Below, one piece after another: positions 1 to 12,908 of a stretch of 64,000 nt of DNA (the stretch's first letter is position 1; every line of letters begins with the position of its first letter). This DNA is from Octopus sinensis (Eukaryota): contig NC_043012.1 in assembly GCF_006345805.1 (NCBI RefSeq), positions 4,526,001 to 4,590,000 on the forward strand. The letters run 5' to 3'. Position numbers and translations under genes: made by a program. Below the pieces are notes generated by a model, which had not been told where the DNA came from, did not search any database, and saw nothing but the letters and a program-made list of their open reading frames with translations.

Positions 1-244
1 TGATTCAGCAAATTCAGCTGACATCTTTGGCTGTGGGTCTTTTCACTGTGAATAATTCCAGATAAGAATTTTTAAAGAAAACAACTAGTTGCTTTTAGTA
101 AACAACTAATTTTATTCCATATTATCGCTAACAACTATTTATACTCGATAGCATGAGTAAACAAATATTCCGTTCCACTTCCTACGAATTCAACAAAAAA
201 GAAACCATTTTTATTTTTTAGTCAAATTGTTTCAGGATTAATAC

Positions 245-316
245 TGTTTTAGACAAATTGTTTTAGACAGATTGCATTTAGATCAATTGTTTTCTAGACG
301 AATTGTTTTAGACAAA
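245..316. repeat. Short minisatellite, ~14-15-bp unit (ttttagacaaattg)
   Basis: About 5 diverged copies. Confidence 0.8.
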
Positions 317-3300
317 CACACCGGATACTACCAAAAGTAATGATGACTAATAAATACTTAGTGTTGTGTAATTTTCTCAATGTCCTGTTTTTAGGACACC
401 ATACATTAACGGGTTGTATTCTATCGACTTTATCTTTCCTCACCCCGAGGTTAATAAAATTAGTACCAGTCATGTGCTGAGATCAATTTACTCGACCACA
501 CACCTTCCACACATATTCGTGGCCCTGTGTTAATGTTTCAAATCATTATTTATGTATTTTTCTGGATTAGTCACTAGATTTCGTTTATACCACGAGAGAA
601 ATAGAAAATTGTACTTTTAGATAACAGAAAGACACCCTAGAAAACATGGCCTCGTTGTCTCTGCTGTTTTTATTCAAATATTTTCAATATTGTTAACCTT
701 CAGGTAATGTCCTGAAAGGCAAAAGAAAAAGAAAGTGGTGGAAAACAAAACTCCATAGACTGTCAAACAAAAATGCACACACACATTTACACATATTCAC
801 ACATACAGTAAAGAAATATGGCTTAGTGGTTAAGTTGTTGGACACATGATCATAAGATAGTGGTTTCGATTCCTGGACCAGGCAATGCGTTGTGTTCTTG
901 AGCAAAACACTTCATTTCACGTTGCTCCAGTCCACTCAGCAGGCAAAAACAAGTTATCGTGGAACAAACCAGCATCCTGTCCATGTTGGGGAATATAAAG
1001 GCCACAGAAACCAGGAAATGAGCCCTTATCAGTTTATATAACTCGGGAAACGTACACACATATGACGGGGTTCCAGCACATTTTCCGCCTACCAAATTTC
1101 ACTTATAAGGCAATTTGTCAACTTAAATCTACGACGGAAGACAATTGCTCACTGTACACCCTCACGTAGTAGGATCGAACTTGAAACCGTGTAGTTTCGT
1201 TGTAAACTTTTTAACCACACATCTCTACCTATTAGATTCCTCTGCCAAACGGTTAAGGCCTTGTACCAAATGTCAGATATTGTAAATGTTTTTATCTTTT
1301 ACCTATCTTATCGTATCTTGTTCTAGTTAACGCAGAATGTTTGGAGTTTATTAAGAAAAAAGATTAAACTAAAACATAAAAAAACTAAGAAAATTTGATT
1401 TATAAAAAAAACATAGACAACAAAACTAAGACAGCAACATCGGATCACATGCGTGCAGCTGGCGACATATTCGGTCGCCAGTCACACAGAGAGAGACATT
1501 TTGTCATTTTGTCGTGGCTCAATGTAAAGTATTCTCCTATTGACAGATCATTGAATATTGGATTTTAATGTGCCGAAACATCAATAGAGTGTTCCACTGT
1601 ATACATTCCCGCAGAATTCCCGTGATTTGCATGCTATTATGACATATTTCGAATTGTATATTTATAGAATTAAATGTTCAAAAACAACATGGCGATGCCA
1701 AGTGATACGCGTCGTTCTGTTTGAAGATGGTGGCCTTCATTCAATGGAGATAAAATATTTAATATCTCAGAGGGACATGACGATAACAGTGACAATCTGG
1801 GTCGTGGAAGTGGCCTTGAATTGACCTATTTTTATGATTCAGGTATCGATTTAGATAACGAATAGGATACATGTGAAAATGATGTTGATAATGTAGGTAT
1901 GCGCATGTATAGTTGTGTTGGATCTGGTTGTTAAATTGAGTTACGTGGTGATGGTGATATATTTGACAACGTAATGATGTCTCTGCCGATAACTGGATAC
2001 GTGTTAGCGACTTGAAAAATAATAAACTTTCTGTTATAAATTATTTTGTTGATTAAGTTGGACCTGTTTGCGGACCTGCTGAAGCGAGACCTGTTGATTA
2101 TATTTCGATCTTTTTTTTCCTTTGCTTCTGTTTTTACTTGGACTTCACTTAGGGATTAGCTTGAGACAGAAACCAATAAATATTTCACGTACTGTACAGG
2201 ATACGCGATGTAACACTTCCAAAACATTAAAAGATGCATTTATGGAAACAACAATGAGAATATCACAAACAATGAGAATTCGTGAGTTTGATTTTGAATA
2301 TGCGACTCATACGTAAATACACTCTAGAGAAGTTCTGGAACGCAAACTTTCTGCAAATTATTCACCCTCACTACAAGAGCTTCAAAAATTATTTGCTTGT
2401 GTTGGGTAATCTAGAAGAATGTTGTGGTTGCTATTTTTTTAAACCCTAGGCTAATCCTGATCAAGTAGATCAACGATGAGGCCTTGTTCTGACTATTCCT
2501 TATTTTTCAGCTGTGGTCATACGTTATTGTTTTTAATATTTTTAAGGCTTGATTTACCAGGAACTACATTATTTAATTGTCCTTCCATTTTTGGAGATGG
2601 CCGGGTAAAATTTGGTGAGGATTTGGCAGCTATTTCTTGCAGTTGGAACCACCACAAAAGAGCCATTTGTGTTGAGAAGTTTGTACGCAGCGCACATCCA
2701 ATGTAAGCTGCAAGTGAATACATTCTCCTCTCATTTAAGTCCTTAGGGTTCATAGGAAAGGTATGAACCGCCCCTTCCCTTGAATAAACGCCGGTGGCAT
2801 ATGCAGAGAAGGGAAACTGGAATGCATGGACAACTGCCAGTATTTTGTCAGGAATTCTTAGCTTCGAACTGTACATACATGGTCAGATGCAGAGTCAACT
2901 CTGATCGACAGAGGCGTTAATGTGCCATGCCTAATCCAATAACCTTTCTTTTTCTTTTATAGGTACATGACCTGAAAATTTTTTGGGCGGGGCGGGGGGG
3001 GGGCTTGACTGATACTTAATTTACTGACCCTAAAAACTACGAGAGGCAAAGTGAACCTCGGTGGAATGTGAACCCAGAACCTAAAGTCGGAAGCACTGCC
3101 GCTAAGCATTTTGACGGGCGTGCCAACGTTTCTACCAGTTTGCCGCCTTTATAATGATAATAATGATGATGATGATGATGGTGATAATAATTTTAATGGT
3201 TTCAAATTTTAGCGCAAGGCCAGTAGTTTCGGGGTAGGGGATAAGTCGATTACATCGACCCCAGTGTTGAACTCGTACTATTTCATTGACCCCGACAGAA

Positions 3301-3388
3301 TTTGTAATAATAATAATAATAATGATAGTAATAATAATATTTATGATAATGATAATAAAAGATAATCTAGAGCGTTTGTGATACTCAC

Positions 3389-3491
3389 TCAGCGGCTTCT
3401 GGAATTAGATCTACAAATTCTCTGACATAGCCATTAGGCACTCGATTGTGGTTGCTGTCCGTTTCCCAGGCATCGTCAAATATGACATGAA
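3389..3491 (-). CDS. CHS: Chitin synthase exon (IHVIFDDAWETDSNHNRVPNGYVREFVDLIPEAA), phase 1 to 2
   Basis: Homologue of the HIFFDDAF motif; tctcaag acceptor, GTGAGT donor. The next exon was not found in the window. Confidence 0.92.
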
Positions 3492-3775
3492 CTTGAGAAT
3501 AGAAAACAACAGGAAATTTTCAACAGAATATCATAGAATTTTATTTAATAATTTAATAAATAATTTTGTAATCGTATTTTAAAAAAATAGGCTTATCATG
3601 TAAGTTTCTGAAATTGGACCTACCCACCGCATATAATTGCACCTGTGTTTTACTGTATTTTCCAACATACAAGTCGAATTTTTCGGACCAAAATTTACAG
3701 TTCAAAAGTTGGTCGACTGACACAAGTAAAGGAGTAAAAGAGTAAAGAGTAAAGAAGAAGAAATACGCAACTTAC

Positions 3776-3858
3776 TTTCGAGTTCGTAGCTGTTGACATC
3801 AATGTAACTGGTGACGTAACTTTGGGCCAGTTTTTTCGTGACCTGTTCCAAGTCAAGC
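3776..3858 (-). CDS. CHS: Chitin synthase exon (LDLEQVTKKLAQSYVTSYIDVNSYELE), phase 2 to 1
   Basis: ttgcag acceptor, GTAAGT donor; continues SLFR-LD...YE.E. Confidence 0.9.
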
Positions 3859-4215
3859 CTGCAATTAATTAAGGATAACAATATTTTAATTAATAAATTT
3901 CTTGATGAATTTAAAGAGGTAAATTACCTGTATTTTTTTTTGGACAAAGAAGAAAGGAAAATTAGTTGGCTTTAACTGAGGATCGAAACCGCGATCTCAA
4001 TTGGCTAAGTATTTAAAGCTTGCACTAACACAAATAATTATAAATGATTTTTTGGCTGTTACAGAGACATGTGTGGATGCTGTGGCGTTCAAGCATAAAA
4101 ATCAAACCACAAACAGACAAGAACACTTCACTTCTATCACTGGATCTGTTAGAAATAACAGTCGAATCTCCTTCATACTGTAATTTGCTGTTTTATATAA
4201 AAAGAGAAACACCTA

Positions 4216-4497
4216 AAGTGGTTCCCAAAGTGGGCGGTATTGTCCCCACCTGAGGGCGGTGGAAAATTCCAAGGGGGTGTTGAAGAAAAGTGAGGCGATA
4301 ATGGGGTGGCGATTCATGTAAAAACAATAAAATAATGGGTTCATTAGATTAAGTTTTATTTGTGGAATACAGTTGCTTTTAAATTGCTTCAGAAAGAGGT
4401 CTGTGTTTGTGAGGGTTAGTTGGGGTGGGGGCACTAGAAATGAGGCCTGAGTGTCAAGGGGGTGGCAGCCCGAACCGAAAATGTTTGGGAACCACTG
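4216..4497. mobile_element. hAT-like MITE
   Basis: AGTGGTTCCCAAA...TTTGGGAACCACTG termini; no 8-bp TSD preserved. Confidence 0.7.
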
Positions 4498-4538
4498 TAG
4501 ATAATGTAAACCTAGATATAAAGTGTGTGTGTGTGTGT

Positions 4539-4578
<40 letters not shown>

Positions 4579-4997
4579 AAAATAGGAAACTAAGAAGGTT
4601 TCTGCTGAATGAAGGATATGTCGAAAAATGAAGACTGCATGGACGAAATTGTTTCTGGATGCCTGGAACTAGCAAAGACTGAATATATGCACAGGTATAA
4701 ATATACTGGAAAATATGCAGAAGTTATAAAATCAACGGAGAAGAGATGCGGACGTCTGTCGAAAAGGACCACTGATAACAACGATCTTTTTCTTTTCTTT
4801 TCCTTTTTTCTCTTGTTTCAGTCATTTGACTGCGGCCATGCTGGAGCAACCGCCTTTATAGTCGACCAAATCGACCCCAGGACTTATTCTACAAGCCTAG
4901 TACTTATTCTATCGGTCTCTTTTGCCGAACCGCTAAGTTACGAAGACGTAAACACACCAGCATCGGTTGTCAAGCGATGTCGGGGGGACAAACACAG

Positions 4998-5062
<65 letters not shown>

Positions 5063-5294
5063 CATACATATATACATATATACGACGGGCTTCTTTCAGT
5101 TTCCGTCTACCAAATCCACTCACAAGGCTTTGGTCAGCCCGAGGCTATAGTAGAAGGCACTTGCTCAAGGTGCCACGCAATGGGACTGAACCCGGAAAAC
5201 CATGTGGTTGGTAAGCAAGCTACTTACCACACAGCCACTCCTACGCTGTTTCTACGATGTTTCTATCTACTGGGATATGGCCATCCCTATTGAC

Positions 5295-5520
5295 ACAGAA
5301 ATAAAAGCCAACAAATCTGACATCATTATCAAGAACGAGAAGGGCAAAGAGGTGCGTACTTATTAACATTGCACCATCTTCTGAAAGTAACACCTTCATA
5401 AAAGCCACAGAGAAGCTGGTTAAGTCAAAAGACCTGAAGATGAAAATCAACAAAATGTGGAATATCAAGATGAAAAATAATCCATGATCATAAGAGGACT
5501 TATGGCTAATGCGGGAGAGA
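5295..5520 (+). mobile_element. R4/Dong-like RLE fragment
   Basis: IKANKSDIIIK...EKLVKSKDLKMKINKMWNIK. Confidence 0.7.
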
Positions 5521-5680
5521 ATGGAAAGTTTCATCAATTGTATTCCGGATTCCAGATGACCGAACTGCTTGGAATTGTGCTTACACTAAGGAAAGAACTG
5601 TCAGTCAAATGACATCTTCCTTACAGCAACTCTGGTTCATCGTTTAGACGTGGCGCCAAACGATTATTAAACAGGGAGTG

Positions 5681-6058
5681 TGGAGGCGTAATGGCCCAGT
5701 AGTTAGGGCAGCGGACTCGCGGTCGTAGGATCGCGGTTTCGATTCCCAGACCGGGCATTGTGAGTGTTTATTGAGCGAAAACACCTAAAGCTCCACGAGG
5801 CTCCGGCAGGGGGTGGTGGTGAACTCTGCTGTACTCTTTCACCACAACTTTCTCTCACTCTTTCTTCCTGTTTCTGTTGTACCTGTATTTCAAAGGGCCG
5901 GCCTTGTCACTCTCTGTGTCACGCTGAATATCCCCGAGAACTACGTTAAGGGTACACGTGTCTGTGGAATGCTCAGCCACTTGCACGTTAATTCCACGAG
6001 CAAGCTGTTCCGTTGATCGTATCATCTGGGACCCTCATCGTCGTAACCGACGGAGTGC
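5681..6058 (+). mobile_element. tRNA-derived SINE, family A/B. Related copies at ~817-1060, 6803-7126, 7300-7590, 10413-10705, 10714-10990, 13105-13330, 13425-13690 (+) and 23020-23355, 30730-31045, 45810-45985 (-)
   Basis: tRNA-like head with A/B-box-like motifs (ggcccagtagttaggg...gtttcgattccc) and a shared body and tail among copies. Confidence 0.85.
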
Positions 6059-6174
6059 TCCTATATATAAACAGGGAGTACAAATGGAACAACAAGAACA
6101 ACAGCAATAACAATGACGACGATGACGGCGACGACAATAGTAAACGTTAAAAGGAACAAAAAAAAAAGAATTAC

Positions 6175-6378
6175 CTGAATAGAGATTTTTGTAACTGTAG
6201 CATTTCTTGGCGTGTTTCGTGCCACGTTGTGGCGCAGATAAGGATCTTTGGTCGCATGTTGTTCTCATCAAGACCTTCCTTCTTGATTCGGAACGACTTC
6301 TCTTTTACGTCTTGTCGGCGTCGTAGCAGCAATCCCATATCGGGGAATATTGGTTCATAGTGTGGTAATACAAATAAT
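6175..6378 (-). CDS. CHS: Chitin synthase exon, start of cytoplasmic catalytic region (LFVLPHYEP...ICATTWHETRQEMLQLQKSLFR), phase 2 to 2
   Basis: Homologue of the CATMWHE motif; ggcag acceptor, GTAATT donor. Confidence 0.95.
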
Positions 6379-6761
6379 CTGCCGAGGAAAAGATCAAAAG
6401 TCAAATGTCAAGGAAGATTAACCCAAAGAGGTCAAAGGGATTGAAACGCTGAGAGAGCAAAATTATTTCCAGTTTAAGGCGGCGAGTTTTAGCCCAACGG
6501 GCGAAATGCTTAGCGCCATTTCGTCTGTGTTTACGTTCTGACTTCAAATTCCTAATACTTGTTTTAAAGTTTGTTGTGTAAGCAGTCACGAGGGACATAA
6601 AAGAAACTACACCGGTTGTCAAGTGGTGGGGTGCAAAACACAGAAACACACTGACATGCACGCACGCACACACGCATGCATGCACGCACGCACACACGTA
6701 CAATGAGAGGTTTGGTGACGCAAATAGAACTAAAAAATTAGCTGTGCGTGTGCATACATAA

Positions 6762-6801
<40 letters not shown>

Positions 6802-7125
6802 GTGAAGGCGCCTGGCTTAGTGGTTAGGGCATTCGGCTCACGATCGTAAGCTCGTGAGTTCAATTCCAGCCGGCGACGCGTTGAGTCCTTGAGCAAGACA
6901 CTTTATTTCACGTTGCTCCAGTCCATTCATCTGGCAAGAATGAGTTGTACCAGTAATTCAAGGGGCCAGCCTTATCACACTGTGTCACGTTGAATATTCC
7001 CGAGAACTACCTTAAGGATATACGTGTCTGTTGATTGCTCAGTCACTTGCACGTTAATTTCACGAGCAAGCTGTTCCGTTGATCGTATCAGCTGGGACCC
7101 TCGTCGTTGTAACCGACGGAGTGCT

Positions 7126-7175
<50 letters not shown>

Positions 7176-7247
7176 AAAAAATTTATATAAAAATAGACGT
7201 ATGTATGTATGTATGTATGTATGTATGTATGTATGTATGTATGTATG

Positions 7248-7304
<57 letters not shown>

Positions 7305-7804
7305 TGTGAGTTCGAATCCCGGACTGGGCTGCGCGTTGTGTTCTTGAGCAAGACACTTTATTTCACGTTGCCCCAGTTCACTCAGCTGTAGAAATGAGTT
7401 GCGACGTCACGGGTGCCAAGCTGTATCGGCTGCTGCCTTTCCCTTGGATAACACTGGTGGCGTGGAGAATGGAGACCGGTATGCATGGGCGACTGTTGGT
7501 CTTCCATAAACCACCTTGCTCACACTTGTGACTAGGAGGGTAACTTTCTAGGTGCAATCCCATGGTCAGTATCGTGACCGAAGGGGGTCCCGATATATAT
7601 ATATATATAATATATATATATATATATGTATATGCATGTATATATGTACACATAAAATTGTGTGTTGATTGTTGTGCGTGTGTATGTATGTGTGAGTGTA
7701 TACCTGAATACGTAAGCGTGTGTGTGTGTGTGAATGTGTGTATGTGGTGTTTCCTTTTATACACTCAATAATGCAATAGCGTTTAATATAAAGAAATAAC
7801 TTAC

Positions 7805-8709
7805 TTCTTTACTTGTGACATTCTTTCGGAACTCGGCATCCAGATGTGGTTTGTGATGATTATAATAGAGACAAACAGAAGACCCATCATAAGAATCGGT
7901 GTGAGTATCTCTCCAGGGATTTCCATTTTAAAACAAGCCCATTTTTCAGTGACCAAATTATCTGGAACAATCTTTTTGGTACATTGAGCTATGTTGAGAC
8001 CAACCGACACAGGAGTGACGAGAATTAACGGCAAAGAAAATCCGATTTTCTGCATGTGAAGTTTACAAGCCATACCGGCCAGATAGCAACATATAAGCCC
8101 TGACACGATATGCACATACATTACACCATAACCCTGTAAATGGACAAGCATGTAATCCGTGCTTAAAGAATCTTTCCAGTCTTGTAGAAAACTCCGTATG
8201 TCTTGGTGGGAAAGAGCTAAAGATAAACAAAAGAAAAGCACCATTTTCAGTGGTACCGTGATGATATCAGTTGCTTCCCTTGTCTTCTCGATTCGATTCC
8301 GTAGCCTTTTTAATGGAATCGACAATCTACAGCACTGAATGTCAAAGAAGGCGTAGTTCTCCCACCATGTGAACGACGTCAACACAACAGCAATTGGTAC
8401 AATCCAGTTTTCCGTTTCCGATATCTTCTCGTCTCGATCGGTTGTCCAAGTAAAGAAATCGGTAATGTAGAAAACTGGTATGACACCTATTTGGATGCAG
8501 CAAGCAAGTGAGTAGAAAATCAGGCCCAAGAACCGCGTGGAAAGCTTTTGAAATTTCGCTCCGAAGATCTGCTCTAGAAGTAACATTACTGCAGGGACCT
8601 GTCCAGTTCCAAGAATCAACACAGAAGATCGAAACAATCCTAGGGTTGGAATAATACGGAAGAGGAACAATGCTTTGCCTGTTATTTGTACACATTCAAA
8701 CAGAAACAC
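7805..8709 (-). CDS. CHS: Large multi-TM chitin synthase exon (VFLFECVQ...WWENY...ERMSQVK), phase 0 to 2
   Basis: 905 nt open; tttcag acceptor, GTAAGT donor; WWENY and KLHMQKIGFSLPL-type motifs. Confidence 0.95.
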
Positions 8710-8776
8710 CTGAAACAAACAGATATATGTATATGTATATCCATGTGCATATATATATGTATGTATATATATATAT

Positions 8777-9170
8777 ATTAAATTAGAGATAAAACCACTA
8801 TTAGGCAAATCATACAATGAAAAACTTAAGCCAATACATAAGATTAATTAATTTATATTATTTTAAATATATATCAAAATTATTAAAAAAAGATAATTAG
8901 TATAACACTACGATCGTTTCATGGCTGTCCAATTCGTAAAAATTCGAGTTACAGTCATTCTTCAGTTAAATATTTCAATCACCTGAAGAATGACTGTAAC
9001 TCGAATTTTTACGAATTGGACAGCCATGAAACGATCGTAGTGTTATACTAATTATCTTTTTTAATAATTTTGATATATATTTAAAATAATATAAATTAAT
9101 TAATCTTATGTATTGGCTTAAGTTTTTCATTGTATGATTTGCCTAATAGTGGTTTTATCTCTAATTTAAT
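8777..9170. repeat. Near-perfect palindrome, ~189-bp arms and 17-nt spacer; PLE pLTR-like, sequence continues to ~9255
   Basis: Arms 8777-8965 and 8983-9170 are reverse complements (one homopolymer indel noticed). Confidence 0.93.
8980..9042 (+). ncRNA. Type I hammerhead motif in the arm of a palindrome
   Basis: CAC-CTGAAGA-ATGACTGT...ACAGCCAT-GAAAC-GATC-GTA-GTG; helix I is short. Confidence 0.72.
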
Positions 9171-9261
9171 ATAATATAATATTTTACTATAAAATTGGAT
9201 TCAATCCTAAATCTGATTTTTCCCTGTAAGTTTGGATTTATTCCCTAATATTTTATTATTA

Positions 9262-9324
<63 letters not shown>

Positions 9325-9326
9325 AT

Positions 9327-9359
<33 letters not shown>

Positions 9360-9995
9360 CATACACATATATATATATGTATATATGCATGTATGTATGT
9401 ATGTGAAGCAAAAAGTTTAATTTAAATAAAAGTGAATCTAGATCGAGTGGTTCCTTCATATCACAATAGTACTTTCACTACCTAATAACACATTGCTGCA
9501 TACAAAACATTTCATCAAGTAACTCTGTTCATCTAGTAAGAACTTGGCTAACAAGCGACCAGTAAAGAGCCACCTTTTAAGTCAAACGCGGCTAAGAGTT
9601 TTTACCTATCCTGGTCTTCTAATTGATAAGATACGTACTCTCTTGACTGTGAGACTCTGAGTAATGTCTCACATATTCAACGCTATGTCTTTAATAAGTA
9701 CCTGGTGGTGAAAACAGATAAGAAAAACTTTACTGTCTTCGTCGCATTTTTCAGCCCAGGGATGGTCACTTGAATCGCTCTATTGTAACAACATTATAAA
9801 TGCAGTATCAAGTAAAAGTAACACAAAATGAACGTCGTAGTGCAGGAGTTAAGTTTTCTCTAAGTCAAACCTGCAACGTGGTTCCGATTCAGGGATGAAA
9901 CCATTGCATTTCACTTATGCTAGAAATGATCTTGGGAAAGACATAGTTGACACATATTCACTTTACTCTTCTCTAAAATAGACAAATTTACTTAC

Positions 9996-10118
9996 ACTGA
10001 AGAGAAGTTTCTTCGACGGCCATTCTGTTTTCCTGAAGACGGACCTAACCAAAGTGAGAATCCAAAATATTACTGTTGGCACCACCAGGGATATAACCAA
10101 TTTGCTGTGGGCTGATTT
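9996..10118 (-). CDS. CHS: Chitin synthase TM exon (KSAHSKLVISLVVPTVIFWILTLVRSVFRKTEWPSKKLLFS), phase 0 to 0
   Basis: ttcaacag acceptor, GTAAGT donor, 123 nt. Confidence 0.9.
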
Positions 10119-10224
10119 CTGTTGAAAACAACACATATACATGTTTTATTGCTATATTATATTATATTATATTATATTATATTATATTATATTATATTAT
10201 ATTATATCATATTATATAATATTA

Positions 10225-10384
10225 CCGTATTTAAACGTGTATAAGGAACCCCCTAATTTTTGGGGCTTAAAATTTGGAAAAAAGGTTTTGTAAAGGATTA
10301 TAATGCTATCCGTGTATAAGAAATTCCCATATTTTTAACCTAACTTTTGACAAAATAGGGTTCCTTTTACACATTAAAATACGT
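10225..10384. mobile_element. Tc1/pogo-type MITE
   Basis: TA|CCGTATTTAAACGTGTATAAGGAACCC versus terminal GGGTTCCTTTTACACATTAAAATACGT. Confidence 0.75.
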
Positions 10385-11019
10385 CATATTATTTTCTATT
10401 ATATTAGGACGCGTGGAGGCGCAATGGCCCAGTCGTCAGGCCAGCGGACTCGCGGTTTCGATTCCCGGACCGGGCGTTATGAGTGTTTATTGAGCGAAAA
10501 CACCTAAATCTCCACGAGGCTCCGGCAGGGGATGGTAGTGATCCCCGCTGTACTCTTTCACCACAACTTTCTCTCCCTCTTTCTTCTGTTGGCCTGCTCG
10601 CTTAGCCAGCGGGGTGGCGTCATTAAAAGCTAAAACAATGCGAAGCGCATTGTGACCAGCGATGTGTAGCAACATCAGATAGCCTGGTAGGTCACGTGAT
10701 TACGAGATATTAGGACGCATGGCCTAGTGGTTAGGGTGTTGCATTCGTGATCGCGAGATTGTAGTTTCAAATCCTAGATCGGGTGGTGTGTTAGGTTTTT
10801 GAGCAAAACATTCACCATACGGTGCTCTGCGATCACTTTGGCACCTTATGTGTGATACACCGTACACCTGTTCAGGCAACACCGGTTTGATGGAGGGAAT
10901 GAGCTAATGTATTGCACATATATTCGATTACTATAAACAAATCATTTGTGCAGGTCGTTCGGCAAAAGCTGAACATTCATACGTCGTCTTCGACGGGTGA
11001 AACCGTCATATTATATTAT

Positions 11020-11465
11020 ATTTCTTTCTTTATTGCCCACAGGGGGCTAAACATAGAGGGGACAAAGGTCCGAAAGGATAAAAGGCAAAGTCGACCTCGG
11101 CGGAATTTGAACTTAGAACGTAACGGTTGACGAAATACCTATTTCTTCACTACTCACAAGGAGCTAAACAGAGAAGGGACAAACAAGGACAGACAAACGG
11201 ATTAAGTCGATTATATCGACCCCAGTGCGTAACTGGTACTTATTTAATCGACCCCGAAAGGACGAAAGGCAAAGTCGACCTCTGCTGAATTTGAACTCAG
11301 AACGTAACGGCAGATGAAATACCTATTTCTATTTCTTTACCACCCACAAGGGGCTAAACACAGAAGGGACAAACAAGGACAAACAGATTAAGCCGATTAC
11401 ATCGACCCAAGTTCTTAACTGGTACTTAATTTATCGACCCCGAAACGACGAGAGGCAAAGTCGAG
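11020..11465 (-). repeat. Tandem ~185-bp units derived from SINE family D (also at 19130-19520)
   Basis: gaaatacctatttc recurs at 11132 and 11317; the same unit with its ctaaaca.agaggggacaaacaaggac insert is at ~19283. Confidence 0.8.
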
Positions 11466-11692
11466 AGAGTGAGTGAGAGAGAGAGGGAGAGAGTGAGTGA
11501 GAGAGAGAGGGAGAGAGAGAGAGAGTGAGAGAGAGAGGGAGAGAATAATGATAGCAGGAAAAATAAAGCTAAAAAAAAGGGAACATTTTCAATCATTGAC
11601 GCTAGTAAAATGTTTTCCTATCAGAGCAATAGTTACGTAATCTCTATGTCTATAAACGGTATTTCATTCTACATCTTCAAACAAGCGCTCAC

Positions 11693-11873
11693 CGAGTGAG
11701 GAGGTTTAGCAGTGGCCATTAGCTGTAAAGAAATCCTGTTGACAACTCCCGTGACTAGAATTCCAGAGATGGTGAATAAATAGAAGAGGATTCGGAGAAG
11801 CTTCAAAAGTTTGTTGAAGAAATCAATCTCGTTGTCGATCTCACGTTCGGTTTCTCGGAAGAAGTCATAACTT
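11693..11873 (-). CDS. CHS: Chitin synthase N-terminal TM exon (SYDFFRETEREID...ATAKPPHS), phase 2 to 0
   Basis: ttttcgcag acceptor, GTGAGC donor; hydrophobic helix. Confidence 0.9.
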
Positions 11874-12196
11874 CTGCGAAAAGAAAACAAAATGAAATTC
11901 AGAACTGGAAATGAGGAAAGCTTTGTTGAGAGAATGTCGTAATAATTGCAATGCCTAGGATATCTTATATAGGCGTGCGTATATATCTTTTATATATATA
12001 TATATATAATATATATATATATATGATAAAATGAGATAGGGTTGTAAATTCAACCCTCTATGGGATAACATATATCCAATATACTGCTAGAGAAATACCC
12101 AACAAAGCTAATACATAAATGTTAAAAATGCGATGCAATTAATTCATTTACTGTATTAGTGGGCAAAGGTTAAATTATTTTTATCGTAAATTAATA

Positions 12197-12525
12197 ATAC
12201 AAAATGAGAAAATGGAGAAATATATCTAAATCAATCATCAACTATCAGATAATACCGAATCATATACTTTATTAAAACACTACACAATAGCAATGAGATT
12301 AGACATAATACAGTACAATATTACAATCAATATGGTGAGATATAACTAAATAAATATAACAAGATATAAAAAGATATTAGTTATATCTCACCATATTGAT
12401 TGTAATATTGTACTGTATTAATGTCTAATCTCATTGCTATTGTGTAGTGTTTTAATAAAGTATATGATTCGGTATTATCTGATAGTTGATGATTGATTTA
12501 GATATATTTCTCCATTTTCTCATTT

Positions 12526-12530
<5 letters not shown>
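12197..12530. repeat. Near-perfect palindrome, ~153-bp arms and 27-nt spacer
   Basis: Arms 12197-12349 and 12377-12530 are reverse complements (one indel noticed). Confidence 0.92.
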
Positions 12531-12602
<72 letters not shown>

Positions 12603-12636
12603 AGTGGTGTGTGTGTATCTCTATCTCTATCTATCT

Positions 12637-12676
<40 letters not shown>

Positions 12677-12809
12677 ACACATATGCATATGTAAATATAA
12701 ATATATATGTTTTTATACTTATACACACATACATAATTGATAAGAAAGAGGAGAGTAGAGATTTGTGAGATAATACAGTATCGGCGAGGATAATTTATTC
12801 CTTTTTATA

Positions 12810-12844
<35 letters not shown>

Positions 12845-12857
12845 ATATATATATATA

Positions 12858-12908
<51 letters not shown>

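Noticed and set aside
699-712. 14-nt microexon candidate (strong acceptor, GTTAAC donor)
   Set aside because: Phase-compatible, but TLPE does not resemble the expected PP.K..TPYGG exon, so it is unsupported.
1459-1481. Perfect 8-bp GC-rich hairpin as a Helitron 3' end or terminator
   Set aside because: No CTRR terminus at the expected distance on either strand.
5241-5537. Minus-strand 98-aa ORF as a chitin synthase exon
   Set aside because: It is the antisense of an RLE LINE fragment; the true next exon is 3776-3858.
5681-5760. tRNA genes at SINE heads
   Set aside because: Only the tRNA-like promoter boxes are present, followed by SINE bodies; there is no complete cloverleaf.
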